Positions 41,645-56,506 of a stretch of DNA of 64,000 bases are shown here, in pieces. Position 1 is the first letter of the stretch. Each line of letters opens with the position of its first letter. The notes beneath the pieces were generated by a model that worked only from the letters and a program-made list of their open reading frames with translations, did no database searches and had not been told where the DNA came from. Both the position numbers and the translations under genes were made by a program. The stretch is from Auanema rhodensis (Eukaryota > Animalia > Nematoda), in assembly GCA_964057225.1 (NCBI GenBank), contig OZ059898.1, positions 6,076,001 to 6,140,000 of the forward strand, given 5' to 3'.

Positions 41645-42235
41645 AAGGGATACATCAAAACCATATTTATGTGTTTGAATAATGTTATTATATTTGATGT
41701 CCTATACTTCTAAAGAATAAAATTAACAACACATACAGTATTCTATTGGAAAATTTGAAGTCGTTGCTCCAATACTATGGATTTTAGCAACAGAGCAGTT
41801 TACAACAAAAAATCATCAATTTAAATAATTTCTATCTCGAGATCTGTTTGCCCCCATTTATCAAGTTTTTTGATCTGATACTGAACAAATTGATTAACGT
41901 TCATACTTTAGCCAACATTTTTGCAAGAAAGATCTTCAACTTTTCACGAGGTCGTGTAGTAGAACTATCGGTCAAAACAACACGAATCGGTTTCTCTGAT
42001 AGGTATCAGTTTTCGTTATCACAAATTCAAATTTTCATTTAATGTGAATAGGTATGTTACCTTTGGCGGGTTATCATATCACTATTTATAACCCTCGATT
42101 GTTTAAAAGTCTTATCATTAGCGTAAAGCAAATGCACATTGATGACTTATTTTACTTTGCCTTTTCAAGTAACATTTGAGAGTTTTAATGTTTTTCAGAG
42201 TTTATTCTTCCACTTCCTTTAAAAATTATTCAAAA

Positions 42236-44347
42236 ATGTCAGTTGGTACGTTAAATACTTAAATATTATTTTTTTATGCTTTATCGTTAGGTCCTGCTAG
42301 TGAAGAAGTGCGCAAAGCTGCTCAGGAGTTTATAACTTTCCTGAACAAATCTGTAACTCCTTACCATGGTAAGAATTTAGTTTATATCCAATTTAATAAA
42401 ATTAAAGTGTTATACTAAAATGTTTTCAGCTGTAAGTGAATGCAAAAGTAGGCTTGTTACTGCTGGATTTGAAGAGCTCTCCGAAGCTGCTCACTGGGAT
42501 ATTCGTCCCAATCATAAATATTTTATTACTAAGTTAGTGTTTTCCTTTAACAAATTATTTCAAACATATAATTGCATAGGAACCGATCTGCCATTTTTGC
42601 TTTTGCTGTAGGAGGTAGCTATACTCCAGGAAATGGCTTTTCAATCGTTGTTGGCCACACTGATAGTCCTTGCTTGAGAGTTAAACCAATCTCTAGAATG
42701 GAAAAAGAGAAATTCAACCAAGTAGGACATTATTATGTGAAATTATGGAAACTTATTAAATCATAGATTGGCGTTTCAACATATGGTGGTGGATTATGGA
42801 GAACTTGGTTTGACAGAGATCTTTCTGTTGCCGGTGAAATTGTTGTTAAAGAGGTAGATTATATGTTATAACATACTTACGTATTACTATTTAGAAGGAT
42901 TCTCTGGTTCATAAACTTGTGAATGTTCAATCACCCATTTTGAGCATTCCTAATCTTGCAATCCATTTGACAGTTGAACGGTTAGATAAGATGTTTTGAA
43001 AGTTCAATAATCTGTTTTGTTTAGTGAAGTCTTCACGATGAATACTGAAGAACATTTGAGACCTCTTTTGGAAACTTTTGCTGCTGCAGGAATTAAGAAG
43101 TCTGATAACACTAAAGCAGATGTAGTTGATATTTAGGATTCCATTTTGCTTATTATATGTTTAGGCTATTACCGATCCTCGCAATATTAGCAGTGATCAT
43201 CATAGCCATTTCCTTGAAGTAATCGCTAAGTAAGTTTTGTTACCGAGAAGATCTTGTTTTTACGATATTCTCAAATTTAATAATAATAGTGAGAATTTGA
43301 TTCAGAAGTGCCGGAGTTCAAAAGGAAGATATTGTTGATATGGATTTGTATCTTTATGACACACAACCTGCTGTAGGATTCATTCATCCTTAAAAAATAT
43401 GTGGATTTTTTAGGCGATTACTGGTCTTCATGAGGAGTTTATTTCAGGAGCTCGTTTGGATAATCTTGTAGGTACCTACACAGCTATTACTGGTATAATT
43501 ACTCAAATTTCTACTTCAACATAATGTTTTTATAGGATTGCTTGAATCCCTGAAAGATCCTGAATTCGCTTCTTCTCCCCAAATTCGTGTTGCTGCTTGT
43601 TTCGATAATGAAGAGGCACAAAAGAAAAAGAATATTTCATAATGAATGTTGTTGCTTTAGGTAGGATCCAACTCTATAATGGGAGCTGCTTCATCCTTTA
43701 CTGAATACGTATTGAGACGTCTCAGTCAGGGAGGTGTTCCTACCGCATTCGAAGAGGTATTAGTGTTAAAGATTTCTTCCTGACTGATTAAAATTTCAGG
43801 GTATTGCCAAAAGTTTGTTGATTTCTGCCGATCAAAGTCATGCATGCCACCCGAACTATTCATCTAAGCATGAGGTAGAAAGATGTGTTTATTCTCTAAA
43901 TGATTTGTTTTAAAGGAAAATCATCGTCCATCTTTCCACGGAGGAATCGTTGTTAAAACTAATGTGAATCAAAGATATGCAACTACGGCTACTACACATG
44001 CTGTTTTCAAGCAAGTGGCATTTGAAGCTGGAATCCCACTCCAGGTTTTTAGCTATATAGCAAACAATGCATTGTGTTCTTAATTTCAGAAAATGGTTGT
44101 ACGAAATGATTCCCCTTGTGGATCGACTGTTGGTCCTATTCTTGCCACCCGTCTTGGCTTACAAACCATAGATGTTGGTTGTCCACAACTTGCTATGCAT
44201 TCTATTAGAGAATTCGGAGATACCTCTAGTATTTATCAAGCCACCAAATTATATTCTGTAAGTTTTATTAGCTTGAACAGAATATATTTCACGATGTTTC
44301 AGACCTTCTTCAACCGTCTTCCCGCCATTCTCCCTCCTCTTCTTTGA
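42236..44347 (+). CDS. dnpp-1: Aspartyl aminopeptidase (M18 family)
   Basis: [102 protein letters not shown]. Confidence 0.95.
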
Positions 44348-44514
44348 AAATTTTTGTACTATAATTGAAACTTTATTTTTATTAATCTACTATTAGTGTT
44401 ATTTTTTAAAACAATAAATTATTTCCTTCTCAAGTTATTAAAGACCAAATATACTATATTTGTACGTTGAAACACACATTGAGAACAATAAAAATTCCTC
44501 TTATGTTGGATATT

Positions 44515-45769
44515 TTATTCGACAAGCATAGGTTTCGGAGTGTTATTAAAGCAGCAAATCCATGAGATGAATTGAACAAAGAATTCTGCGGTATTCCATA
44601 GAGCAGTGATATAAATTATCTTGCAATAATTTATGTTTACGTTTATTTTTCTTAATGTTTAAACTTACTTTTGTTATACAAGCAATTGTTATCAACCAGA
44701 AGCCCATTCCAGGTGCATAATCTATTAACATGACGTTTGATAATAAGCATGCTAAAGGTTTTACCTATTCCATTAACATATTCTGATACTTCAGTAAGCC
44801 CTGTTAAAAATTCTTTAGAGTTTATCCAACAGTGCCCACAAGAAACAACAAATATCATTATCTTGAATGTTTAAAGTAAATAATATTTACATTTGTATTA
44901 CCATATAGAAAAAAAGAGGTAATAAGCTAGGATAGGTTAGCTGAACCGGTTGAATCAATTCGGAACTAAAGTGTGGAAGAACTCTCCGAAATAGTATACT
45001 TTTTCCGTTTTCTTGAATATTGATTTTATTAACCAAATCTTACATATACATTAATGAAACATACCATCTACTATATTCATTTTTGGCTCAGGTTCTTCCA
45101 GCTGCTTTTTATAATAACTGAGAAAAACATTTTTCTTAGGTAATTTATGTTTTCTTTCTTTCGGTATAACATCTAAACTTTATAATTTTGATGCCTAGTA
45201 TATAAGATTACCAAATAGACTCTGCAATTGTCTAGTTAAGAAATATGTTATTATGAAGCAAAAACAGTTGAACACCATGTTATTTGAAAATATGAAAATA
45301 AGGGTTCCCAAACTATTGAAGGCATGTATATCAGTACCTAAATTAAATTTGAGAAAAAAAAAACAAAAAAAACTAGTATATTAATTAAATATCTGAGTTT
45401 TCGAGTATATATAGTGTATACTTTTCTAATGATTGGTTTTCGCATAGATGAAATAACCTACTTATTCCCAATACAAGATGGAATGCTTGAAGGTAATCTC
45501 GGTTTAAATTTACTTTTGTAACGTGCATATAACTTTGAACTTCCTTATCCATCGCATTGAGTATTTCATACAAATCCTGGAGTGGCATTCACAAAAGCAT
45601 CAATATAAGTATAAACCTGATTTTCTGCTACAATAATGTCAGAATATTTCGGTACTAAATAATCACGTATATTCTTATAATTGTTTTTTGAATACTCTTT
45701 GAATTGAAAACACTGCCATCCAATGACAAACAATATTACCAGAAGAAAACATATTACTAAACATTTCAT
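44515..45769 (-). CDS. Unidentified multi-exon membrane protein (N-terminal hydrophobic segment, hydrophobic segments near the C-terminus); middle exon structure uncertain
   Basis: The first exon encodes MKCLVICFLLVILFVIGWQCF... The 3' exons splice in frame: DVIPKERKHKLPKK../ENGKSILFRRVLPHF..LLPLFFYM/IMIFVVSCGHCW../VKPLACLLSNVMLIDYAPGMGFWLITIACITK/IIYITALWNTAEFFVQFISWICCF..*. No family recognised. Confidence 0.55.
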
Positions 45770-46323
45770 AAGAATATGAAATTATGATAAAGCAAACCTA
45801 TTACACGTTTAGAAAACGATAGCATACTTTAGGCAGTAAGTTAGAAAGAAAATGAAACATGTTGCTTGGCAAAACCAAAAAATTTTTTTAATTTTCTAAG
45901 TCCTTAGCGACGAGTCGTCATTTCATCGATGAAAAAGCAGAAATAGTAAAAATCAGTTGTGACTTTTTTTATTTCCCGATTTCTTAATTTAAATGGACCT
46001 ATAAAATTTGAATAACTGCTATATTATTTATATATTTTCATATGTACCAAGTACAGTAATGGTTTACGGTGGTCCAAAAACAAATAATTATATCCTACGA
46101 ACACTCCTCTTTACGCAATTGTCACCATCAAAAAAGAGCGACGGCTACATTTTGTTCTGTTATATTCATAAATTTACTTCATTATTATGTATCAATATGA
46201 AGATATTTTCTCTTTTTTTTGAACGATGCAGCGAAAAGTTTATTATTTATAAGAATTGTCTTGAATTCTGCTTTGTTTTTTTTTTGATTACGTGAAGTAA
46301 TTTTTTTCAGCCGTAGGAATAAA

Positions 46324-48023
<1,700 letters not shown>

Positions 48024-48549
48024 TTACATTATACTTCACAAAACATTATTTATTTTTTCTCTACATCTTGTAACAACCCTCCATTTTCTTGTGTCCACCT
48101 TCCCTTGTATTTTACAAAGTTTCTCGTGATCTTGGACCTGAATCATGTTTGTTCTCTTAATCATATGAACTAGGGTCAACATTTTGGTCATTTTTCTGTC
48201 TATTTTGACCTTTTTTATTTACATAGCACATGCTTCCATGAAGTGCGATCGTTGGAAGAATATTGATCATCTATCCGGTCCTTTTCTGGTTTTATGTTTT
48301 GTACAGCAACCCATGTGCTAACGATAATTATATTCTTCTAATTGTCACTGATTTTTGTTGTCTTACTGGTTTCAGCTTAAATATATTAAATAATCTCGCT
48401 ATTAAGCAATCTTTAAAAGTAAAAATGTTACGATTTTCGAGTATCATATCACTCGTTCTTTAGAACTGAAGTACAGCATTATAGAATTAAAATGTTCAAA
48501 GCATTTTTTGGAAGTGTAGAAAATGAAAATAAAATTGACCATCTAGGAA

Positions 48550-49070
48550 GGCACGCCTCTAGAGGCAGCTTGAGCCATCGATTTGAAGACGAGCCTGTTA
48601 GGCTTCGTCTTCTTGCCTGCCTACTTGAACAGAGGCTGCTTCTGAAAAATAGGCACTTGCAGTTAGCGCTGTAGGTCAGTTCATCATTTTAAAAAGTTTT
48701 CTTTTTTAATTGTGTGTTTAAAATGGCATATTATTGTATAATATTCGTTGTCCTTCAAGTTTATTTTTCTGCATTGCGTTAATCGAATATGAAGTTCATG
48801 TTTTTTATGGAGTGGATGTTCTTGGAAGAGGGCTGGTTCGTCAAGATCAGTTGAAACAGGCTTTACCCGTGTTTGGATAGTGTAGACCACAATGTCTCTC
48901 AATTAAAGACTGGCTTATGCTTTTGCTCCAACGTAGGAGGCTCTTTAGACAGACTAATATATGGTCTTGACACGATATGAGGGTTGTAAAGATCTCTTAC
49001 TCTATCTGTCTTGTTATATGAGAAAGCAGTAGGTCACTATTGATTTTCAATTGGGACCTAATTGTTCGTA
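48550..49070 (+). ncRNA. Candidate structured non-coding RNA of unknown family
   Basis: Several complementary stems with G-U pairs on the + strand, in a GC-elevated intergenic island with no convincing ORF (details in findings). Confidence 0.3.
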
Positions 49071-52000
49071 CGCACTCATTGATTTTCCATTTATAGCCTT
49101 ATTGTTCTGCTATCATGATTACATTTTCTTGGTAACCAGGTTTCTATAAAATTTCGTCGTCTATTTGCTACTTTATATACAATTTTTTGACAACGGTTAC
49201 GCTATTTTAGAAATTGTCACATATTTTCATTAGCGCTTTTATTTCTGATTACTAATTATGACATTAGACAAAATCTTGAATTAAAGTCACTTTGCGGAAA
49301 GACGTCATACACTAACTTAACCTTGAAATGAATGCAGTTTTCTTTCTTAGCCAAATTTTGATGTGTCCTCTTTCGAGAATATCTTTGGCTTTCTTCAAAC
49401 GCCCTCACCACTTATTTTTGTTCATTTATTAAAAGAAAGGCTTCTTTTTTTTGAAGATTTGAAGAACATTGCTTTTTAATTTCGTTCTATACTCATAAAT
49501 GAATAAGTCAACATCATCTTGTATTGTCATCAAAACGCCGTTAAGATATTTTCTCCTTATATTTTCTAAGTTATTTTTTTAAAATAGTTTTCTTTGGCCT
49601 TGTTATTACCAAAAAGGAGGCCTTAATTCGAATATTCTTTCAGCCCCGCATAGGGCTTGTTTTTATCGATCCATACAGCACATGGTGTGCGCAGTTGGAA
49701 CATTCACTTGTTTCTTTAATCTTTGCGGAAGCACCTTATAAAACAATTATTCTTTACAAATTTATAAATAAAATTGTTTTGTGATTAATCGATTAGGCCA
49801 AATATAGACGCATCTGTGTTTGCTGACGCTAATTGGACGGTACTCAAATATCATTAGGCTGCCGGCCTTCTCCATTTGAGAATAATTTGCTTAAAGGTTG
49901 TTGTAGTATTTATAACTTTTAGCTGTTCATTAGACCAATTTTTTATATGCTCGTTAAGATAATTTCATCAATGCAGCTGTAATTTTCGAAAGGGTAGCCT
50001 TGATTGTAATTTTTCTTGATTTCTTATTTTATCATTTTTGTAATGCCAATTTTCTCATGATAGCAACAACTAATAACAATATATACTAGCAATTGTGGCA
50101 ACAGAGTTTTATTATAAGGTGTGATATTATATCTTCGTGCTTTATCGTGATAAAGGCTGTTCACTTAGTAACGTTTGCCAAGCTTCTCGTTTCAATTATA
50201 ACCCTATACATATAATTTATTTTATTTAATCTCAGCTCTTCTTATTCTGCTTCTTTCACAGTAGCATAATGTTTTTCTTCGACCGCCATTGGGAATGGCG
50301 TCGGTCGACGTAGGAATGATGATAGAAGCAGAGAAATAGAGTGTGGCAGCTGCAAGCTGAAGCTGCTTTACTTCCGGCCTACCGGCTTGTTTTGCTCGTT
50401 TTCCGGATTCTTGCTTTCTATGCTTGAGTTGCTATTTCGTTAGTTTGTGCATTGCCACCATTGGTGCCTCAAATAATTTGAACTTTTAGTTTTTTATCAT
50501 TTTGTATTTTTATCTGAAAATATTTTCTTGTTTTCAACAAAAAGCTTTTTTTCATATCTTGCCTTTATGAGCTGAGTATTGTGAAAAGCTGACGTTATAT
50601 GTAGAGTATTTAAAACGATGTGTCCACAATAGATCTCCTAGTTCCTATTAAACTGATCTATATATTAAATGAACTCAACATAGTTATATTCATATAGCCG
50701 GTTTTAGATTAAATACTCGGCAAATAGTATCTTTTTGCCTATTTCATTACCCTTGAGATTATCACGTTTAGTTCACTTTTCTTTACTATTTGATTCAATT
50801 TTATCGTAGTTTTATGTGAAGAAAAGTAGTTTAGCTCGAAAGTTGACTATAATTATACAACCATCTCTACGAAGCTTTTACGGCAAAAAGGGCAATTGTG
50901 CTCAAGCATTCCGTGATGTGAACACATTAGACAAGAATATAAATGAGAATAGGAACAGGAGATAGTTCAAAAGAGAAGAGAGAGCATAGATAAGAAGATG
51001 CATTCATATATTGTTTAGCATTTGGAAAACAAAAGCTGATCCTCTTCTGCTCAAGCAGATACAAATTTACATCATATGTTGTCTTTGCTTCTCTAGCTTT
51101 ATTTCATATAAATTTTGCTCTCAAATCTCCATTTACACCGAATAAGTAACTTCAAACTTTTCAAAATTATGCTGACAACTTGCTCAACTTTCAGCTGCTC
51201 ATGATGATTACGGCATGCATTTTTCTTTTTTTTTGTCTTACATCTATTAACGTGCAGTTAAAATTTTCTTGTCTCGCTTCTGACTTTCAACTCTGCTTCT
51301 CTAACTTTTACTTTTCTCGAATACATGATTTCAAATAAAAATAACGTAGCTTTAAGACATTCTGTTGACAAACATCCTTTTTGTGATGTGAGCCGAAAGT
51401 ATCTGCATAAAAAGCTAAACGATTGCGATAGAGGGAACAGTGGATGTGTTTTTCTCATTCTCATATAGCTACTCTTTTCCTTATTTGGTATTTCTCCATC
51501 TAATCTCATCCTACTTCTCTTTCTTATCTGAACTTTCGTTCACTCTCTTAGTGTCTACATGCTTCCCGTCTTTATGTTTATACGATGCATAACACTTTCC
51601 CACTCTGCTTCTCATACTCTTATATTCTCACTCACCCGTTTCTCTTCTTTTCTCTCCATCTCTTTTCTCTCATCCTCTTTTTATCTATCAATCTATGTAT
51701 ATATACTTATTATTTCTATCTCCCAAATATGTTATAGATTTTCGCCAACTTGAAATAAATCGAGATCAATCATGTGGTTTCTCTCTTTTTGTCATCCCAT
51801 GCTCTCATACAGCTTATGCTAATTTTTTCCATAGCTTTACTTCTATGAATATCAATGCAATTCTTTCAAGTATTCTTAATTATTACACAATCACTTTCGG
51901 AAAATTCTCTTCATTTTTTGTTTCTACCTACCAAAAAAAAGAATGCTATATCTTTTCCTGTGACGAAAATTCCATAAATTCACAGTTTGTTATTTTTCAT

Positions 52001-53779
52001 CAATCACTTTTGAAGACAACTGTTGTTAAACTGGTAGAAAATTTATGAAATTTCCTAATTTTTCTTTTTTTAATATCTCAAGTTCTATTATTTATTCATG
52101 GATGTTTTGTTTTTCAACTTAGGTAATTACGATGCATGACGATCAAGATGATAATAGTATGTCATCAAGATCATAATCTTCGATTCCATGCTGATGCAAC
52201 CTAAATAAACATTTTCTGTGTTAAATTATCTATATTGATAATATCAAACATATCGTGTGTTCTTTCTTCTTGATATTCTTGATTTTGTTGAACTTAAGAT
52301 TAATATTATATATTTTCATTAATATAATATCTGTGAATGTAGTAATTTCATGGTTCGCCTGCTTTGATACGCTTGAACCCCGAGATATCGACGAGGACTT
52401 CATGCAAATTACCTTTCATTTTACGGGAAAGAGTGCATTTCGCATTTTAAGGTCAATGTTCTATTTTACTGAAAAGTTCTTTTGTACTCTAGCTTTAAGT
52501 ATACATTTGGACTCAAAGCATGCTTAACTTAGTTTCTAGTGTCACCACAATCGATTCAGATTTCGTTTCTCGTTTATTTTGAACGGAGAAAACAAAAAAG
52601 TCAAATTTGATTTGTGTTATTTCTCATTATTGGACATAATTTGTGTTCTTGTAGTTTTAAAGTTTTCTTTTAAATTTAGCTCATGCTTGATTATTCCACT
52701 TCAAAAATATTGTAGTTAGACAAAATAAGTCTTAAAGCTTGTTAATTGATTATCTGAACTTTTATTTAATTTTTTTAAACAACTTTATTAAAATTTTTAA
52801 TTTCAAACTTAAACGAATGTTCTCCATTGATTCGATCTATTTCCCGTTTCAATATACCCATTTTGTGAGTACAGGTGGGCATTGAATATTATGGCCAATA
52901 CATTTCGCATGACTATGGTACTTTGAGAGAAACAGGTGTATAGACAGTTGATTGAACGAAGAACAGAGGGTGACCTGTTATACATGATTTCCGGAAGCCA
53001 TTCAGTTTTCCCTTAGTGCACTTATGTTCAAAGTGGGGAAAGGTGAAGTACAGTTTCTCACACCTATTCAACATAGTTGCTCTTGTCGTTGAGATTGTCC
53101 TTGTATCAGAAGCAGCAGTATAGCTGTTGTCTTGTGCTATCTAGGATGCAGATCTCGTTGCTCGGAAACGAGTTGCTTCGTTCTTTTACTTTACAATCTT
53201 CTATTCTGCTAATGTCTGCTTTTTCGTTTATTGAGTTTTCAATACTTTTATTCTTTCATATCATTAAGTCTTCAGAGTCTTGAATCTTTTCATTTCTCAA
53301 AAAATTAATATATATTGGAAAATATATCTTACGTTGCGAATTCAATAATTTTTACTATTCCTATAATTAAAATTTCATTCTTCATCTTTTTAATAATGAT
53401 ATCTTTTTTTTGTAGGCTTATTTCAGCTTTTTGAAATAATTGAGTAATAGCTAGCAACTACAATTCATGATTACCTCTCCAATTTTACCACTCGATTCAG
53501 CGTTTGTCATATCCAACTTGTTGTTTTATTTTTTGTTTTTCTGCTTCCTCTACTATTCAACCACTATATTCTCCGCCTTCCTTTTCACTAATACACTCGT
53601 TTCATCCGCGATATTCATAGACATTCTCTATTTATATCTCTAAAATATAATACTTTCATATTTTACCGTTTTTCATATTACGTTTTTGAAGTGATTTCTA
53701 TTATATATTTAAAGATATTTTTACTTTACTTATATTTTCTAGAAAACGGAAAAAATCTCTCAGTGTGGGCATCGGCCGA

Positions 53780-54471
53780 ATGAGTGCCAAAACCTCGCAT
53801 GACGCCTCAACAGATAATGTAAGTTTTCTATGTTCATTTTTATTTAACAAGATTCCTCATAATAAGATTATAATATAATTGTTTATACTTCCCCGGTAGT
53901 TATATTGCTAGTCTTATTACTCATTGCCTGATTTTAATTAATTTCTTCTTTTAATTCATTATACTTATTAAGCTCTATTAAACAGGATTTTCGTTTTGTT
54001 GTAAAATGTCAAGAAAATCAACTGTTCTACCCTAAAATTAGATAAAAACTAACATGACATAAGTTTACATATAACGTATTTTTCTTGTTACCATTTGAAT
54101 TGGAATCATTATAGTTGTGTTCATTCTGAAGCCATCAAGCTTGTTTTTCATTACTCTAGTCAATTGCACAACTTTCAAAAAAGTAAATTATTCCTTTTTA
54201 AGTATGTTCTCCATATATGAGTCTTTCTAATACCAATTTTTTCCTCGCATACCCTAAAATTGCCTGAATCATCCCAGCATCCGAAAATCAGAGTTCTACT
54301 GGAGTAACTACGGATGACGGTGTTGTATGCAAGGCCATATGTTCCTTTTTCTTATAATTACCTTATATCAAAAAGCCTGTCAGCTGCCCAACAGCAGCTG
54401 TATATTACTAAAAGACAGTAGTAATAGAATAATAAATTCAGAGAAGTTGCTTTTCACAAACGCCCTTGTTC

Positions 54472-54502
<31 letters not shown>

Positions 54503-56506
54503 CGTGTATTTTAAAAATAAAATCATTTTGAATGTAACTCCTGTAGCACGTGACCTATGCGGGAACTTAAAAATTCGACATACTGCTATTTTCTTTTCTT
54601 GTAAATAAGAAGTTCATACTTGAAAGAGAACTTGAGTTTTCCAAATAATGGAAATTTGAAAAACATTTGATATCTTTATGAGTTTGCTGGCAAATAAATT
54701 AAGATTTGCACCAGAAAGCAACAAAACTAGATAAGTAAATATGGCCTGAATTGAATTGAATATATTCTATATTATATGTAGTTGCTTCTGTATAGCTATA
54801 GACACCCACGTTCGATTTGAAGCAAAGAATAATTCATAGAATATTATGTAATAGTCTTAAAACCTTTTAACTATATGAAATGAATATGATGGGAATGATG
54901 AAAACTTGTTATAGCTTTAAATTCTCAAGTCAATATGTATATTAAAAATTTCAATGAATTAGTAGATTTATTAATTTAATCATTTTCTTATATGAGTCTG
55001 TTTTCAGGTGACTTTACGGCTAATTCTAGTTAGTGGGCGAACACATGAATTCTGTTTTACGCCTCAAACATCGGCTCATGATGTTACTCAACGTGTCTTT
55101 GAGCAATGGCCACTAGGTTTGTTTTAATATCAAATTCTGGAACTCATATTACAATAAGGAATATGTACTACATGTACGTATGTTCTTAGATGTTTGAGAC
55201 TTGCTTCTTTACTTCATATTACTATTGAATGTATTGTAAGATGCACTAGTGGCCCAGTTCTCCTCCGTTCTGGTTGTATATCTTTTCCGACGATTCGACC
55301 ACAAGGCCGGCTTCAACCCAAACATGTTCACTTTCTCTTCTCCTTTCTCTATATTCTCTATATTCTCTTTCATTCTGAATGCTCTTTTATACAATCTGTT
55401 TCTTTTCTGACTGAAGTAATACGTAGAGAAAGAGAAGTGTCAGAAAAGAAAAGACATATTGGCATATAGTGTGAAGTAAATGCATTCATGTGGCAGTCAG
55501 GGTTGAGATTTTAACGGGAGAACTTGACCAACGAAGCATTACATTACAGCATTTCTTGAAGCGTTAAAGAAACGAAAAAATCAACTCTAGTTAAAAAAGG
55601 CTTTTAAGAAAACAAATTAGTCTAGACATCAGTAATACTATGATTTAACTCAATATAAATGTACTTATATAGATTTGTACTTTGTCTATTTGTGAAAAAA
55701 GTTAGATATATTAGGAAAAAGCATGAATATTTCTTGAGGACACATGTTTTATCACATTCTCTCATTCTTGATTCTATTCTCGAAACCCTTCGAAAAGGGG
55801 AAATGGAATCTGTAGTTGTAAACATTCAGCTTCATGTTTGAAGCGCTTCATATATATCAAATTAAAAAATTTGTTTTCAGAATGGGAGGATGAGAAAGTC
55901 GATTCGGCATCTATGCTCAAGCTCATCTATCATGGTCGTTTCCTACACGGGTCCGTTACTCTTGGGGCTCTTCAATTACCTCCGGGTAAAACAACTGTCA
56001 TGCATCTAGTAACAAGAGAAAATTTACCTGAACCAAACTCAAGTGGTAAGTCGATAATATAAATGTATATGATTATTGAATTGGAAAAGAGTGTATATAT
56101 CTTCCAAACCGCTTTGAATACAATACAAGACGAATGAAAAGAGTAATTGGAAATAATTTGTCAACTAACAATACCCATGTATATTCATAAATAGTAAATA
56201 GAAATCTAGTTCGTCTTGCTAATTATATTGACTCAAAAACGGTATTCATGGGAATTGTTGTATATATCAAATTAGTCAGCGGACCATATAACGATATCGT
56301 TTATTTATCCCGCTGAATACTTCACGTGTGACAGGTGTGATGTTTTTAGTGGTATTCTTATAAAATTAATTCAAGTCATCCGTAAATCACATATGTCAAG
56401 TTAAAAATATTAAATATTCCATCTGTTCCTTGTTACAATTATTAATTTTTCAGATTCACTTGCTAAACGTAAACGAGGAGGATGTTGTCGATGCGCAGTC
56501 TCATGA
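53780..56506 (+). CDS. UBL3: Ubiquitin-like protein 3 (membrane-anchored ubiquitin fold)
   Basis: Four exons: MSAKTSHDASTDN/VTLRLILVSGRTHEF..VFEQWPL/EWE..LKLIYHGRFLHGSVTLGALQLPPGKTTVMHLVTRENLPEPNSS/DSLAKRKRGGCCRCAVS*. The C-terminus is a CAAX box. Confidence 0.93.

Noticed and set aside
48492-48902. Short ORFs over the structured island
   Set aside because: They have no recognisable motifs or splice partners; base-pairing explains the composition better.
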